Below, piece by piece: positions 11,901 through 24,478 of a DNA stretch of 64,000 bases (positions are counted from its first letter, which is position 1; every line of letters starts with the position of its first letter). Made by a program: the position numbers and the translations under genes. The notes below the pieces were generated by a model. It did no database searches. It was not told the DNA's origin and saw only the letters and a list, made by a program, of their open reading frames with translations. The stretch comes from Lingula anatina (Eukaryota; Animalia; Brachiopoda). Location of the stretch: positions 17,692,534 through 17,756,533 of the forward strand of contig CM120644.1 in the NCBI GenBank assembly GCA_051362555.1, in the 5' to 3' direction.

Positions 11901-14900
11901 ACCGATAGGCCTGTTGTCATGAAACTCACAGGAAAAATCGATCTTACTAAAACGCAGGTCAAGTTCGAAAATCGGCATGATCGGGCCACTATTTTAGTAG
12001 TTATGCTGTTTTTTCACTTTTCAGCATATATGCAACACTGTTAACACATTTCAAGGAAAACCGATAGGCCTGTTGTCATGAAACTCACAGGAGTAATCAG
12101 TCTTACTAAAACGCAGATCAAGTTCGAAAATCGGCATGATCGGGCCACTATTTTAGCAGTTATGCTGTTTTTTCACTTTTCAGCATATATGCAACACTGT
12201 AAACACAATATAAGAAAAACAGATGGGCCAATTGTCATGAAAGTCACAGGAGTGGTCAATTTTACTAAAATGCAGGTTGAGTTTGTAAATCAGCATAATT
12301 GTGCCATTATTTTAGAAGGTATGCTGTTTTTTCACATTTCCTCAGATTCAATTTTTAGGCATGTTAACAGTCTCATTATTAAACTAATAAGATACGTGAA
12401 AGTGTTTGTTTGACATTTCCTGCATCTTTACAACATTGTTAGTTGATTTTGTAAAAATGATGGTAAACATGTTATCGTGTTTTGTGTAATAAAGTTTCAA
12501 AAATGGAAATAAACTCATGTCATTGCAATTTGTCAGATTCAATCATTCACTATGTTCAGAATCTCAGAATGGAAGAAATTGGACATTTAACACTGCTCTA
12601 TTGATACTTTTCTCATCTCATCAATTTTCTTAGTTGATCATATAAAAATGGCAGTAAACTGTTAATTTTATGTTAAAAATTGTTAAAAATGGGAAAAAAA
12701 ACATTTCAGAACAGTGCTGTCTTGTTTACATTTTGGCATTTTCAAGTAATGACTTTGAAGTTCCATGGGCCTGAAGACCTTTGCTAGTCACATTTTCTGA
12801 ATATCCATGATACTAATATTTTATTATTAAAAGTTGATGGTCATTATGCTGTTAAACATTATGTAATATTGCATCAAAATTTGAAAAAAACCTATTTTGG
12901 GCACTGCTCCCATGATTACCTTTTAAGAAAAACCATGTCACTTACTGTTCTCAAACTTACAGGAAAGAAACATGGGACTAAAATACAGCTTCAGTAGGCA
13001 ATGCAATATGCCAGATAAACAGTTTTTTTGTGAAAATTTAATTTTTCACATATTGGCATTTTCAAGGTGTGACTTTGAAGTTCCACAGGCTTGAAGACCC
13101 AGGCTAGTCACATTTTCTGAAAATCCATGATACATATATTTTGTTATTAAAAATTGATTGTCATTATGCTGTTAACCATTATGTAATACTGCATCAGAAT
13201 AGAAGAAAACACAATTTTGGGTGCTGCTGCCATGATGACCATTATGGGAAAACCATGTTACTTATGATTGCCAAACTTTCAAAAAAGAAATACAGGACTA
13301 AAATGCAGCCTGAGTTGGAAAAGCAGTCTAATTGACTTCTTTTTCTGGAAGTTTTACATTTTCAAAGTGTGAACTTGAACTCCCATGGGCCTGAAGCCTT
13401 ATGCTTGTTTCACATTTTACTTACATTGGTATTACCTGTTGAGCATAATTAAAATTTGATGTTGAATTTGCAGTTTAACATAATGTACTTTTGCATCAGA
13501 ATTGACAGTAGCCTATTTTGTTATTTCCTGCTTTTTGTCTGTACATTTGACAGCTTTGCTGCCTTGTTAGAGAATCTGGTTTGGTAATGGCATTAACACA
13601 AAATCACAGTTTTATAACTTTGATCGAGAAGACAAATGAATGTAATGTTTTAACGCCTGTCCCCTTCTACTTATCAGTCGGGTTGAGTTGCTTGGCATGA
13701 CTTAATTAGATCTTTTCTGAGTTGAAACATTCCCCCTGTTTTCCATATCATTGTACAGATCTATATATATTGAAAATATAAGTTGTTGCTCCTACAGACT
13801 CCTGGTGGAATGAGAAATGATAAAAACTCAAAAAGTGATAAAGTCTTACTACTTATCATCATATTAAAATTGTATGACATTTCTCTGGTTTCTGCCTGTA
13901 TTTTGTAAATAGGGGGTTTCCGGTGGATTTGGGATACAGGGAGTCCAAAATGTGAAATTTTAATTTGTTCATTGATATATAGGGAGTCCAACAAACCAAC
14001 CTGGTATTTCCACCTTTGGAAATATAGGCTGTCTTTTGAGGCCAAGGGTCACCCAAATGATGGTTAAACGGCTCTTTGGAGAAGACCTTGTTTGTAAATG
14101 TATCACATGCACTTTCCTAATGCTAACATTGTGTTACTATTTTATTAGCATGTATTAAGGCCATATTGACTCGACCAACAGGAGTATAATAATGAATTTG
14201 TTCTTGCTATGCTGATTGTGTATATATTAAGTGTAGTTTGTAAAATTACTTTGTACTTTCTGCTCATGTTGGAATGAATTTTGAATTTTGAATATTTTAT
14301 CTGTCTATCTATCCATCTATGATATGAGTACAATTTTGAATTTGTTCTTGCTATGCTGATTGTGTATATATTAAGTGTATATATTAAATACTTTGTACTT
14401 TCTGCTCATGTTTGAATATTTTGTCTATCTGTCCATCTATGATATGAGTACAATTTTGAATTTGCTCTTGCTATGCTGATTGTATATATGTTAAGTGTAT
14501 TCTCTGGTTTGTGAGAATACTTTGTACTTTCTGCTCATGTTTGAATATTTTATCTATCTATCTATCTATGATATATTTCAGCAAAAAGCGTGAGGTGGTG
14601 CCAGACCTGGCCCCAATGCTGTGGCATAGTTTTGGCACGATAGCGGCTCTTCTACAGGAGATCATCAACATCTACCCAGCCATCAATCCACCACATCTAA
14701 CAGTAAGTGACCATGTTTGTATTAAACCCCCTTTACACTGGGCGGTGTCTTTTCTGCGTCCTTTAGGTGACCAGGAGACTGGTATTGCTGTGGTCGTAGA
14801 AAGGAGGCACAAGTATCGCTTTGGTTGCAGAATGAATGCTCAGTGATCAGCCAGTTGTAGGCACATGAAGTTTTTTTTTTTTTACTCTCAAATGAGGTCG

Positions 14901-17900
14901 TACCATGGGACGCAGAAAGGATGTTGTCCAGTGTAAAGGGGGCTTTACAGTTATTGCTGAAGGCAAGCTCAGTTATAAACCTTGCTTTAGTCAAATCATA
15001 GTTTTTTTAATGGAAAATCTTTATTTTGCAAAATAAAATAAGGGAAATATAACATCTTTTTTCTAAGATTGATTTTTGTTATAATTTTGTTAAAAGATTG
15101 ACAAGCTGTTTTTTTTCCTTTTATTTGATTCCTAACTATTTTTTATTTTTAGTAAGTACATTTATATCAAATCTTTAAATCTTGTAAATGCCGTTCAAAA
15201 ATTGAGCATGTTTTGGCTTTGCCACATATAGGATTCAGTTATAGTTATAAATTTAAAATTAAAAAAAATGAGAATAGTTTGAACCAATATCAGTAAAATC
15301 AATCTTGCCTGTTTCAGCATCCAGTATTAAATTATTTTCTTCATTGCAGGCTCATCAGTCTAATAGAGTGTGTAATGCACTAGCTTTGCTACAGTGTGTG
15401 GCCTCCCATCCAGAAACCAGATCAGCGTTTCTCAAAGGTGATTGTAAAGCTGTGATATACTTAATTGCCATATCAAGCTGGTGAACTGGATTCACTGCTA
15501 GTTTATTGGTGTATTTGTTTATATTGTAGTGACGTGTGTGTGAAAACTCACAGAATTATTTTGATCAAACCCATGTTGGCTAATTTTTTTTTTCCCTTGT
15601 GGGCTAAAATGTTTAAGATGCATACTGTGACCAAAAATGGACAAACCTCATTTCAAAAAAGAAGGAAAAAGATAAACTTATAAAATCGGAAAATAGCTAG
15701 TATGAAGGCAACTTCACATAAAAGCCATTATTTCAAGGTTTTCTTAAGATAGTTGACATACATTTACACCGTGACTTGGAACAATAGGATAAAAACACTT
15801 ATATTTCACTGCTTGCCTGTATTTTAACATGCTTCAGTGCATTCTATGCTCTGCTTTGTCGTCTTGAAACCCAAATCCAAACACAATTATCTTATTGGTA
15901 AAAGTGCCAGTGGTTGGAAAAGTCAAACGCATTGATCACTATACTCTTGTATATCTCTTAAATCTGAATTGTCTGTATTTCAGCCCACATTCCACTGTTC
16001 CTGTACCCATTCCTCCACACAGTCAGCAAAACCCGTCCCTTCGAATACCTCAGGCTGACCAGTCTGGGGGTCATCGGCGCTCTGGTCAAGGTAAGATTGC
16101 TTTGATAGGTCGCTGTGCCATTTGTGTTGTGGCACTTGAGTTTAGAACCTTACTATTTTATCTGTGTATGCAGTTTATATTTCCAACCTAATCACAAGAA
16201 GATTGTCAGATAGCTTCTTTTGTCTCAATACTTTCCCTCAAATGCAGTTTGCATAAGAGCACATTCAGAACGGCGGACTAACAGATCCGTGGATCAAATA
16301 TGGATGATCCACTTTAATGCTTCTTGCGTAATCCCTGCAGGGAATCTATTCAGTGACTAATCGGGAATTAAGGAGCAAGCTTTTTAGTGGGTTGCTATAT
16401 TTGATCCGCGGATCTGTTAGTCCACTGTTCTGAATGCTCTCTAAGATGTGAAACATTTTTTTTGGCTGACAAAAAAAAAAAAAAAAAAAAATCACAATTA
16501 TTAGAAAAAAAAGTCAAAGTTGTCGCAACTGGATAGGCAAATTAACCATAGAGACCTTCATTGCACAATGGTGTTTGTCTGATGAGATTCATAAATCACA
16601 TCTGACACAGTCAGTCTCCTGTATATAACTATTTATTCCATGTATCACTGTAAATGAAATCTTGTGTATCTTGTCATTTGAAACCTAAGGGAAAACCAGC
16701 TTGGGACTTACAGGAGGGTTACTAGTATGTGCATCTTGTAACAGTTCCATTTTAGACAAAAATTACATCGAATCGAAATCTGTTTTGAAAAGTTATAGAA
16801 AAATGCAAAGGCTGTTGTGCTAGGTGAATCACCGTGGTTGATGAGTGAATATGTATATCCAGTAGGAAAAAGAACGAGAAATATGGATCAGCCAGAGACC
16901 TTTTATTAGGATCTGTTGTCATACGGCTAGGAATTGTCTCCAGTACGCCCTCCCATATGAGTGGAAGGTCTCAGGTTGAGACTGCAATGGAAATCGGTTG
17001 CTAATCTTAGTCCCAGTATAAGAATAATATATATATTTTTGAAGCACCATCATTATTTAGCTTATCTAATGCAATTTGAATGTGCGTAGAACTTTGGTCA
17101 AGGAAGAATTCTGTTCTATTTCAGACTGATGAACAGGAAGTGATTAATTTTCTGCTTACAACTGAAATTATACCATTATGTCTAAGGATTATGGAATCCG
17201 GGAGTGAATTATCTAAAACAGTGAGTTTTATTTTGGTATTTATGCGCTCTCTCTCTCTCTCTCTCTCATTCTGTCAGAAAAGTAAGAGTAAAAAAAAAAA
17301 ACTTGAAGTACCTTTCCGTAAGGTTGTCCATGTTCTTAACATAATTTATATGAATTTAATATTAATTGCTTATTAATCTTTTCAGGTAGCCACATTTATC
17401 TTACAGAAAATACTCTTAGACGATACAGGCCTGTCATACATATGCCAAACCTATGAAAGATTCTCACATGTTGCAATGATTCTGGTAAGTTTTTTTTCCC
17501 TATAGGAAGTTGAATGAGAAGTTGTCCATTTTTTGTCATCATTTTCCAAGCCTAAAAACGAGGGTGGGGTGGGGTGATGCCCTCTGTGTGCAAATTCCCA
17601 AAATGCTTATTTTTGCCATCCACAGCTTCTTATAAAACCTAACATACAGGGGCGGATCCAGAGTTATTTTCTGACAGTCTTCCAAATTATCTTTGTTGAT
17701 CCATCCTCCATTTTTTGACCGTCTTCCGACAGAAATAATTAGTAAATGTAAACTTGAAAGTCTGACCGTCTTCCGGAAGACCCAGAAGACCCCCTAAATC
17801 CGCCCCTGACATATGCCCTGAAATTGATTTAACCGCTTACATTTTTTTCTGGAGTTTACTTGATATTGACATTTCCATTGGAGCTTCAAGGTAAATGGTC

Positions 17901-18656
17901 GCTGTTGTTATGACTGCTGGTCATTGTAATCTAAAATCAGTCTTTATCAGTTTTATCAAAGGTGGAGTCCAAGTGCTGAAAGGGGAAGATTTAACTCATG
18001 AGTGCGAAGAAATTGCTTATTTTGCACGGGTAAATTCATTTTGGCAAGTAAATCTCATGGAGAGTACCTTGAAGTAATAGAGAGAATTTATTTATGTAAT
18101 TATTTTCATTCTCAGGGCAAGATGGTCCTTCAATTAGCTAAAGACCAGTCAGCAAGGTTACTCAAACATGTAGTGAGGTGCTATTTACGTTTATCAGACA
18201 ACCCAAGGTGAGTTATGACATTTTTATCAGTGTTTATTCTTAAGACACAAATATGTGTTATTGTTATAAAATGGTTATTTGTACAGTATAGTAATAATAG
18301 CTTTGTTTTTTATTTCATCAACAAGTTTTTTTTTTTTTTTTTTTTTTGTGTCTTAACATGCAATAAGGCCTTGAAACACAGTTAACAATATTGGCACAGT
18401 TTCTCCTTTACATCTTTCTTCTTTCAGAGCCAAAGAGGCGCTGAGACAATGTCTTCCAGATCAGTTAAAAGACATCACCTTTGTTAATTGCCTCAAAGAC
18501 GACAACTCGACGAAAAGATGGCTACAGCAGTTATTGAAAAATCTGGAATCCCCCACTGGGGTTCCTGCCCCCTCCCCAGGGGCCCAGGGGGGCTCGGGGA
18601 CCCCCACATCACACAGTGGTATGGCCCCTGGGTCCATTCCTATGCCTCCACAATGA
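8933..18656 (+). CDS. CNOT9: CCR4-NOT subunit 9 (CAF40/RQCD1), complete, 8 coding exons
   Basis: Exons 8933..9063, 14582..14702, 15350..15437, 15984..16090, 17125..17220, 17386..17484, 18116..18207 and 18428..18656, all GT-AG and in phase. Translation [54 protein letters not shown]...[28 protein letters not shown]...[64 protein letters not shown]...[26 protein letters not shown]...IPMPPQ* is nearly identical to known CNOT9. Confidence 0.98.
9186..11115 (+). mobile_element. Non-autonomous Helentron/DINE-like element, copy A, with 161/160-bp tandem arrays
   Basis: T-run, 5' stem-loop ATGTACAGACACA-ga-TGTGTCTGTACAT (9191-9218), (GTC/GCC)n microsatellite, 161-bp units at 9272/9433/9594/9755/9916, then 160-bp units at 10632/10792/10952. 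Confidence 0.75.
11612..13568 (+). mobile_element. Non-autonomous Helentron/DINE-like element, copy B, with both ends
   Basis: Same 5' stem-loop and (GTC)n, ~159-bp units, shared spacer with copy A, ~300-320-bp units at 12730-13500. The 3' end has sub-terminal inverted repeat TGTCTGTACAT (13536-13546), a short hairpin (GACAGC-ttt-GCTG) and TT. Confidence 0.8.
14194..14575. repeat. Three diverged tandem copies (~120-145 bp) abutting the CNOT9 exon 2 acceptor
   Basis: gaatttg(t/c)tcttgctatgctgattgt...tactttgtactttctgctcatgtt...tctatgatat repeated at ~14194, 14338 and 14458. Confidence 0.85.
14725..14944. mobile_element. Harbinger-type MITE in CNOT9 intron 2
   Basis: TIRs aaccccctttacactgg...ccagtgtaaagggggct with TTA target duplication. 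Confidence 0.85.
16257..16441. mobile_element. Harbinger-type MITE (GAGCACATTCAGAAC family)
   Basis: Long imperfect TIRs and TAA target duplication; relatives at 26868-27138, 30171-30469, 31557-31824 and 55167-55341. Confidence 0.85.
17647..17808. mobile_element. MITE with CAGGGGCGGAT termini and 5-bp target duplication (hAT-like)
   Basis: ACATA on both sides; second copy at 54551-54719. Confidence 0.85.
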
Positions 18657-20842
18657 CAGTGAAGGAGAGAGATCTGTAGACCCGGGGGGGGGGGGGGGGG
18701 GTAGATAGAAAAGCTGGCTTAGGTTTGATGCTGATGATGATTTGGTCAATGTAATTTACATTGGAAGTCTTTATTCATTTATTTATTTTATTGCTTATTT
18801 TCATTTGTTTTTATTTCTGGTAAAATTGACTTTGATATCAATTGAAATGATACTGCCACACTTGTAAGCAGGTTTGATCAACTATGACTTAGTCTGTGCC
18901 ACAGATTGTTTAAAAAAAAGTATTTTCAAATTGCTGAAACTTGCAGCCTTAGGAATAAACTGATTTCCTTTGGGGTCTACATTTCTCTATGTAAGCTGAC
19001 TGAGATAAAGTACTTTGTCCCCTTACACTTTGCTGGGGACGCGTAAAAATGACACTTTTTTGTGTAAGTGACTGGGTAAGAAATCGGGAGGATGATATTG
19101 GACTTTTCTTAGGACAAAGGCGCACATCCTTGGTAACGCTGTCTGTATAGATGGCGAAGGATATCAAGTTGCTTATTAGTGGTTGATAAGTTCTGCAGTG
19201 GAGCTTTTCTGCCATTTTTTTATATATTATGGATGTTTTACAACAGATTCAGTGGACCGATACACAAGTGGGTCAGTAAAAATGTAGACAAGACGATAAC
19301 ATTTTCATGAACAAAAAACTTCCGTCCCTGAGATCGCCTGGCGGAAGGTGCTGCTACCTGGTGGGTTAATTACACAGACGAGCTTTTCTGCTTTGCGTTC
19401 TGTATGATCTGTGCACTTCATATGTGCACTAGTTGGGATATTTTTTCAACAGTTCTATCGACATCCCAACCGCCAAAATACATGCACATTAGTGTTAATT
19501 GTGACTCATTTACGGAATAAATCAGAACTATGACACTGCGTTACTTGACGTTTTAATATAATTTATTTTGCAAAAAATGCCCAGGATATTGATGATGCTT
19601 TCATCTAATTGAATGCACAAAAAGCATGAAAAAATAAGCTCAAACTTCTTTACACTGCAGTCTTAAATAACATTTCAAAATAAAGACCAGATAAGATTTC
19701 ACAAGGTTTCATATTTCTTGTCTGGACGGTGCTTGGCTATAGATCTACGTCTGCAGCTGTTGTAAATCGAAGCCCATTTAAAAACATTAAGAAAATCTCT
19801 CCACGGAGGAGTGGGGGGGGGGGGGGGGGCACAGCTTCAGCGGGACGCTTCGGGGACATCTTCCCCCTCAACAAAAAAATTTTAAAAAAATACACAGACA
19901 AATATGAGTATATAAATAAATAACATGCGAAACAAGACAAAACCAGGACTATTCCCACCGCAAGCTCTATACATGAAACCATGTTCTGTTTGCAATGAAT
20001 ATCCAATAGTTATGGAAATTTGGACACGGTACTCTAATTATTATTATTATATAAGCATATGGAAATTTACTGTAGACTATACCTTACCATAGAAAAACAC
20101 TTAGTATATAACTTGAGAACGGAGGACTTGGCTCATTTTGTCAACAGCTTACGAAGACGAAGACCTTCGTAACATATTACATTTAAATAACTTTTATCTT
20201 ATATTTTATATGTTGCTCGTTCCATTCCTTCTGATATATCAATTTAGGGAGCAATCAGATAAATCCATCGCACTAGGTGGAACGATCCAACTCTGTGGGA
20301 GATTTCCCTTAAGTGCAATCACAGTAATCGGCTTAACACCCAACCCCAATAACGAGGTGCAAATGAGGTCACAGGCATGATCATTACGCTGTCCTTCATC
20401 TCTTGCGTTAGTCTACATTTTGCTGGGAATTTTAAAAATCTGTGCGTACAATTTTTAAAGGTCTGGTTACGCCCCTGCATATGATCCAGGTTTGATTAAC
20501 GCTCTCATGCAAACTATGTACAAAGCATTCAAGAATGATTGATATGTCGCTAGAGTTAACTTCTGATCTATCCTTGTAAAAATGACAACTATAGATGGCT
20601 GACTGGTTATTGCTGTCCCAAATATCGCCTCCGATGAATATTTCTATCTTTGTTATTGAGGCCACTTCATAGGTAAGATTGCCCTGACTTTACGTGACTT
20701 GTAGCCTACTGACAATCCTCCGCTCTGCATACACAGGCTTTACCTATAATATAAGTAAAAACGACAAGCATTATTTATAGAATCCTAAATTTAAATAATC
20801 AATCTGATTGGGTACTATAAAATGGGAAAGATACAGTGTATT

Positions 20843-21009
20843 CAGGCCCGTAGCCAGCAATTTCAAAAGGGGGGTTCGTTTTCTGAAAAAGTGGACCTTT
20901 TTCCATAAAAACTTCATGTACCTAGATCAAATTTTACTCAGAGTGGACCTTTTCCCAGCAAAAGGGGCGGTTCTTTCGAACCCCCCGAACCCCCCTGGCT
21001 ACGGGCCTG
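20843..21009. mobile_element. CAGGCCCGTAGCCAG MITE, copy 2
   Basis: TIRs; GTATT target duplication. Confidence 0.85.
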
Positions 21010-21551
21010 GTATTACAGTGCACGAGCATAATGCGTTGCTCTCTCTCTGTTTGAGTCTCTCTCTCTCTCTCTCTGTTATAGCGACAAATAACGACGATCT
21101 GGAGCTTTCGGACATTTATTCACCGACTGCCTTTTCATACATTTTCACCAAGTATTTATATTCTATTTCTACGTACATGCATTTACTTGTTTTCTTTCCA
21201 TTGTTTTTGCGCGATTACAAGGAATTTTCCATTCTCATGTTGCAAACCACCATTCAACATTTCCTTATTAGGTAACTTCTAAGAAACTTGCTTTTAATTT
21301 AAAATATCAAAATATTATTTTGAATTACTAATGCTTGGACCATATCCATCCTTAGTTTACATGTGTTTAACACGTGCCAGAAACTTGCAAATCTATTGAT
21401 AAATTAACCAATCAGATCGAACTATATGTGACTTTGACATGTTACATCTTTTCATACCATGAAAACAATTTTTACACTTGTTGACTATAAGAAATTTTAG
21501 TTACACTAAATAACTCCTTTTCCCTTTACTCATTTGATTCCGTTTTAATCA

Positions 21552-22510
21552 TCATATGCAATTTAACATTTCGTTTACCTGCCTGACAATTTCACTTTTG
21601 AACTTTGGTGACGTACGATAAAATGTTTGTTTTACAGGAACATCATTTATTGTGTCAATTCGATGCTTATGCATATTTGCTGAACCTAACTCTGAAAGAT
21701 TGTTAGCAAAAACATCATGATTATGTCCTATCAATATTTTCAGCTGTTGTTTTTGACCTTAATTCAAGTATGAATCGGCAAAGTTTATATTTAATTCATC
21801 TGCATTTCTCAATGCTTCTTGATCCTATAAACTGTCACCTTTTTGCGTTGTGTTACCCTCTGACATTTCATTTAAAGCAGTGACGCTTTTCAGACTTACT
21901 GGACTCGCAACAGCTATTGTTGTTCTTTTGAGGATAACAATTCTTTCATCGCTAAGATTCATTATTCTGTAAGCATTTTTTTTATCAATGGAAACCAAAC
22001 CTTTCGCTCCGATAAGTTTTTTCTTTGACTCAAGAATTCGTACATGATTCCAATGAAAATTTCACATTCCTCATCTAAAGCAATTTAGATGACGAATGTG
22101 ATATTTTCACTGGAATTAAATCTGGGTGACATAAATTCTGCTTTAAAGTCACGTATTTAAACTAATAAAGGTGGACGATACAAGGGTAAGAGCAAATCAT
22201 AATCGGGCAATGCCATGCTATCAGACGATATATCGATATTTACATTGTGCCTTTTTTTTTTTCAAAATCTGTGCCTAATATCAAACCTCTCGGCAACTGA
22301 CTTAATACGTGGACTTTATGTTTTATGATCACACCTCCAAAGCAAAGAGGCAACTCTACTTTTCCCAGAATTTTAATCACAGTTCCATCAACAACTGAAA
22401 CTTCTTTCAATGGCAGTTTTTCGTATGAATGTCATCTTTTTTTCCTAATTTGGATAAAAGAGATTTTGATACCCAAGATATGACGACACCTGTGTTAACC
22501 AAAGCGTTGG
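21552..22510 (-). pseudogene. Decayed Ty3/Gypsy LTR-retrotransposon pol remnant (protease to RT N-terminus)
   Basis: HKHRIDTINDVPVKQTFYRTSPKFKSEIVRQVNEML matches the Gypsy pre-RT motif (H.I.T....PV.Q..YR.......I...V.EML). Upstream LVNTG and ILGTDF are protease-like fragments with stops. Confidence 0.75.
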
Positions 22511-22719
22511 CATGCAGTTTGTCGATTTGAATTGATATTAGATAATTAGCTTGGTAATCGGAAATAAAAGAACTTGGCACTTTTCTATTTTCATATTTAC
22601 GCAGTATAAAAGTGCATTGGAGTCTATAAATTTCTGATGACAGTACGGCAGGTTATGATGCTGCCCCTAATTCTCTCTCTTTCTCCCTCTCTCTCTCTCA
22701 AATTTAAAAATAAATAAAA

Positions 22720-23350
22720 ACGCTAAAAAAGAGATTAGAAGGTCTCTTTTTCAATTTTACGAACAGAAATGGTTTTTTAAATTGTGGAATGACAAAGGAA
22801 ACCCCAATGGAAATAAACTGAGACATTATAGATCCTTCAAAAAAGATTTGAAAACGGAGACATATCTTCACTGTGCAATGCCAAGACCTTACCGTAGCGT
22901 TTTAGCTAAGTTGCGCTGTGGCAGTCTACCTTTACATGTAGAATCTGGCCGTTTTATACGAACCCCTTTAAATGAAAGAGTATGTTTTTATTGCGATAGA
23001 AAAAATACAGAAGATGAGATTCACTTTCTTTTAATATGTCCTTTTTATTCAGATTTACGACAAGAACTTTTAGATCAATGTCACTATCTTAATCCATGTT
23101 TTAGCAATTATAGTGATACAGAAAAATTTGTTTTTATTATGAATTGCGAACACCAGTTTCTATTAGCTAAGACAGTTTTTAAAATGTTTAAAAGACGGAA
23201 ATCTTTTAACTGTGTCTCATAAGCCAAATATGGCTGGGTATTCTTTTAATTAGTAGTTTATTTTATACTGTTTTTTGTATTTTATGTTTTAAGAATATGC
23301 GACACTTTAATAAATAAATAAATTAATTAATTAATTAATTAATTAATTAA
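22720..23350 (+). mobile_element. 5'-truncated non-LTR retrotransposon (RTEX-like) 3' end with Zn-knuckle and simple-repeat tail
   Basis: ORF 22782..23222 NKLRHYRSFK...LAKLRCGSLPLHVESGRF...ERVCFYC...EDEIHFLLICPFYSDLR is the typical C-terminal CCHC region of LINE ORF2. A short 3' UTR ends in (AATA)n(ATTA)n. Confidence 0.85.
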
Positions 23351-23637
23351 ATCGAAAGACGCCCTCTATAAGACAACTTCTTGTGTAAACTGTATCCATT
23401 GTCATTATTCTGGGTAAATCGCACATTTAGAAACGCTTAATAAACTCTGCTACCATGTCTTATTATTTTTTCACTAGGCACTTCTGCATAGAATAAATCA
23501 CAATTCTTGGATTTCCGCGAAGATCACATAACTTTGAAAATTTCGACCGCGACGTAGGGTATGTCAGCGTACGCGCAGCAAGTTCAGGCCTACCCAACTA
23601 CCAGGCTCGGCACCAAATGATCCCGACTTCACCGGTA

Positions 23638-23866
23638 CATGTAGATCGGACTACACTACCCGTTTTCAAGGTGTACGCATTTCACACTTCACAGTATCTA
23701 CATATACCTCGGAAACAAATTTTGAGATGAGATGCACTACTTTCCAACCCCGCTGAGAATCATCACTATCACATCGCGTACTAGGCAAGAGCGGCGTCGC
23801 GTCTGTTACTTCGAAGCGCGTACTGATACACACCTTGAAAACGGGTAGTGTGGTCCGATCGACATA
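23638..23866. repeat. ~40-bp inverted repeat pair (probable MITE remnant)
   Basis: atgtagatcggactacactacccgttttcaaggtgt versus acaccttgaaaacgggtagtgtggtccgatcgacat. Confidence 0.7.
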
Positions 23867-24295
23867 TCGATTTTCACAGATATCAACAGATATGTCTCTA
23901 GATGAATAGACAGTCATTTGGTTCTGTTGATGTTTCCGTTTTTCCCTATATAATCTGCCACCCTGACAGAAGGTACAATTCTTTAAATCCTGCGTATACT
24001 GGATCTTAAACCTTACAAGTATTTGCACCTACCTCCTCCGGGGTCTAATCAATGTGATTGGGAACTATTTTTCACTCTTATGAAAAATTAAATGGGACTG
24101 ATATTATAGTTCATGAGAATAACGCATTGATATCTCTCCCTCCCTCCCTCTCTTATTTTCGCGGTAAGAAAGGGCACCAGAAGCTATATTTCTGATGACA
24201 GAACGCCAGATTATGATACTGCCCCTAACTCATTTTCTCTCCCTTTCTCTCTCAAATAAATTTTAATTTAAGAATTGAAAGACTACCTCTATATA

Positions 24296-24320
24296 CAGGC
24301 CCGTAGCCAGCAATTTCAAA

Positions 24321-24351
<31 letters not shown>

Positions 24352-24478
24352 CTGAAAAAGTGGACCCTTTTCCATAAAAACTTCATGTACCTAGATAAAA
24401 TTTTACCCAGAGTGGACCTTTTCCCAGCAAAAGGGGCGGTTCTTTCGAACCCCCCGAACCCCACTGGCTATGGGCCTG
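24296..24478. mobile_element. CAGGCCCGTAGCCAG MITE, copy 3 (expanded T-run)
   Basis: TIRs; ATATA target duplication. Confidence 0.85.

Noticed and set aside
16578-16612. C/D-box-like TGATGA...CTGA with a terminal stem
   Set aside because: Only ~30 nt, too short for a C/D snoRNA
18488-18679. Separate ORF or apparent frameshift in the last CNOT9 exon
   Set aside because: Base-by-base counting shows the true frame is open from 18429 to TGA at 18654-18656; this ORF is an alternate frame
20432-20665. Possible fucosyltransferase N-terminal fragment
   Set aside because: Only vague similarity (CxFxxDR...D...QTWI); no ESP or catalytic motifs nearby
20808-21275. 155-aa ORF and similar ORFs at 4438 and 24252
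   Set aside because: They read through copies of the CAGGCCCGTAGCCAG MITE
23666-24028. 120-aa minus-strand ORF
   Set aside because: Non-ATG start, overlaps an inverted-repeat element, no recognisable motifs
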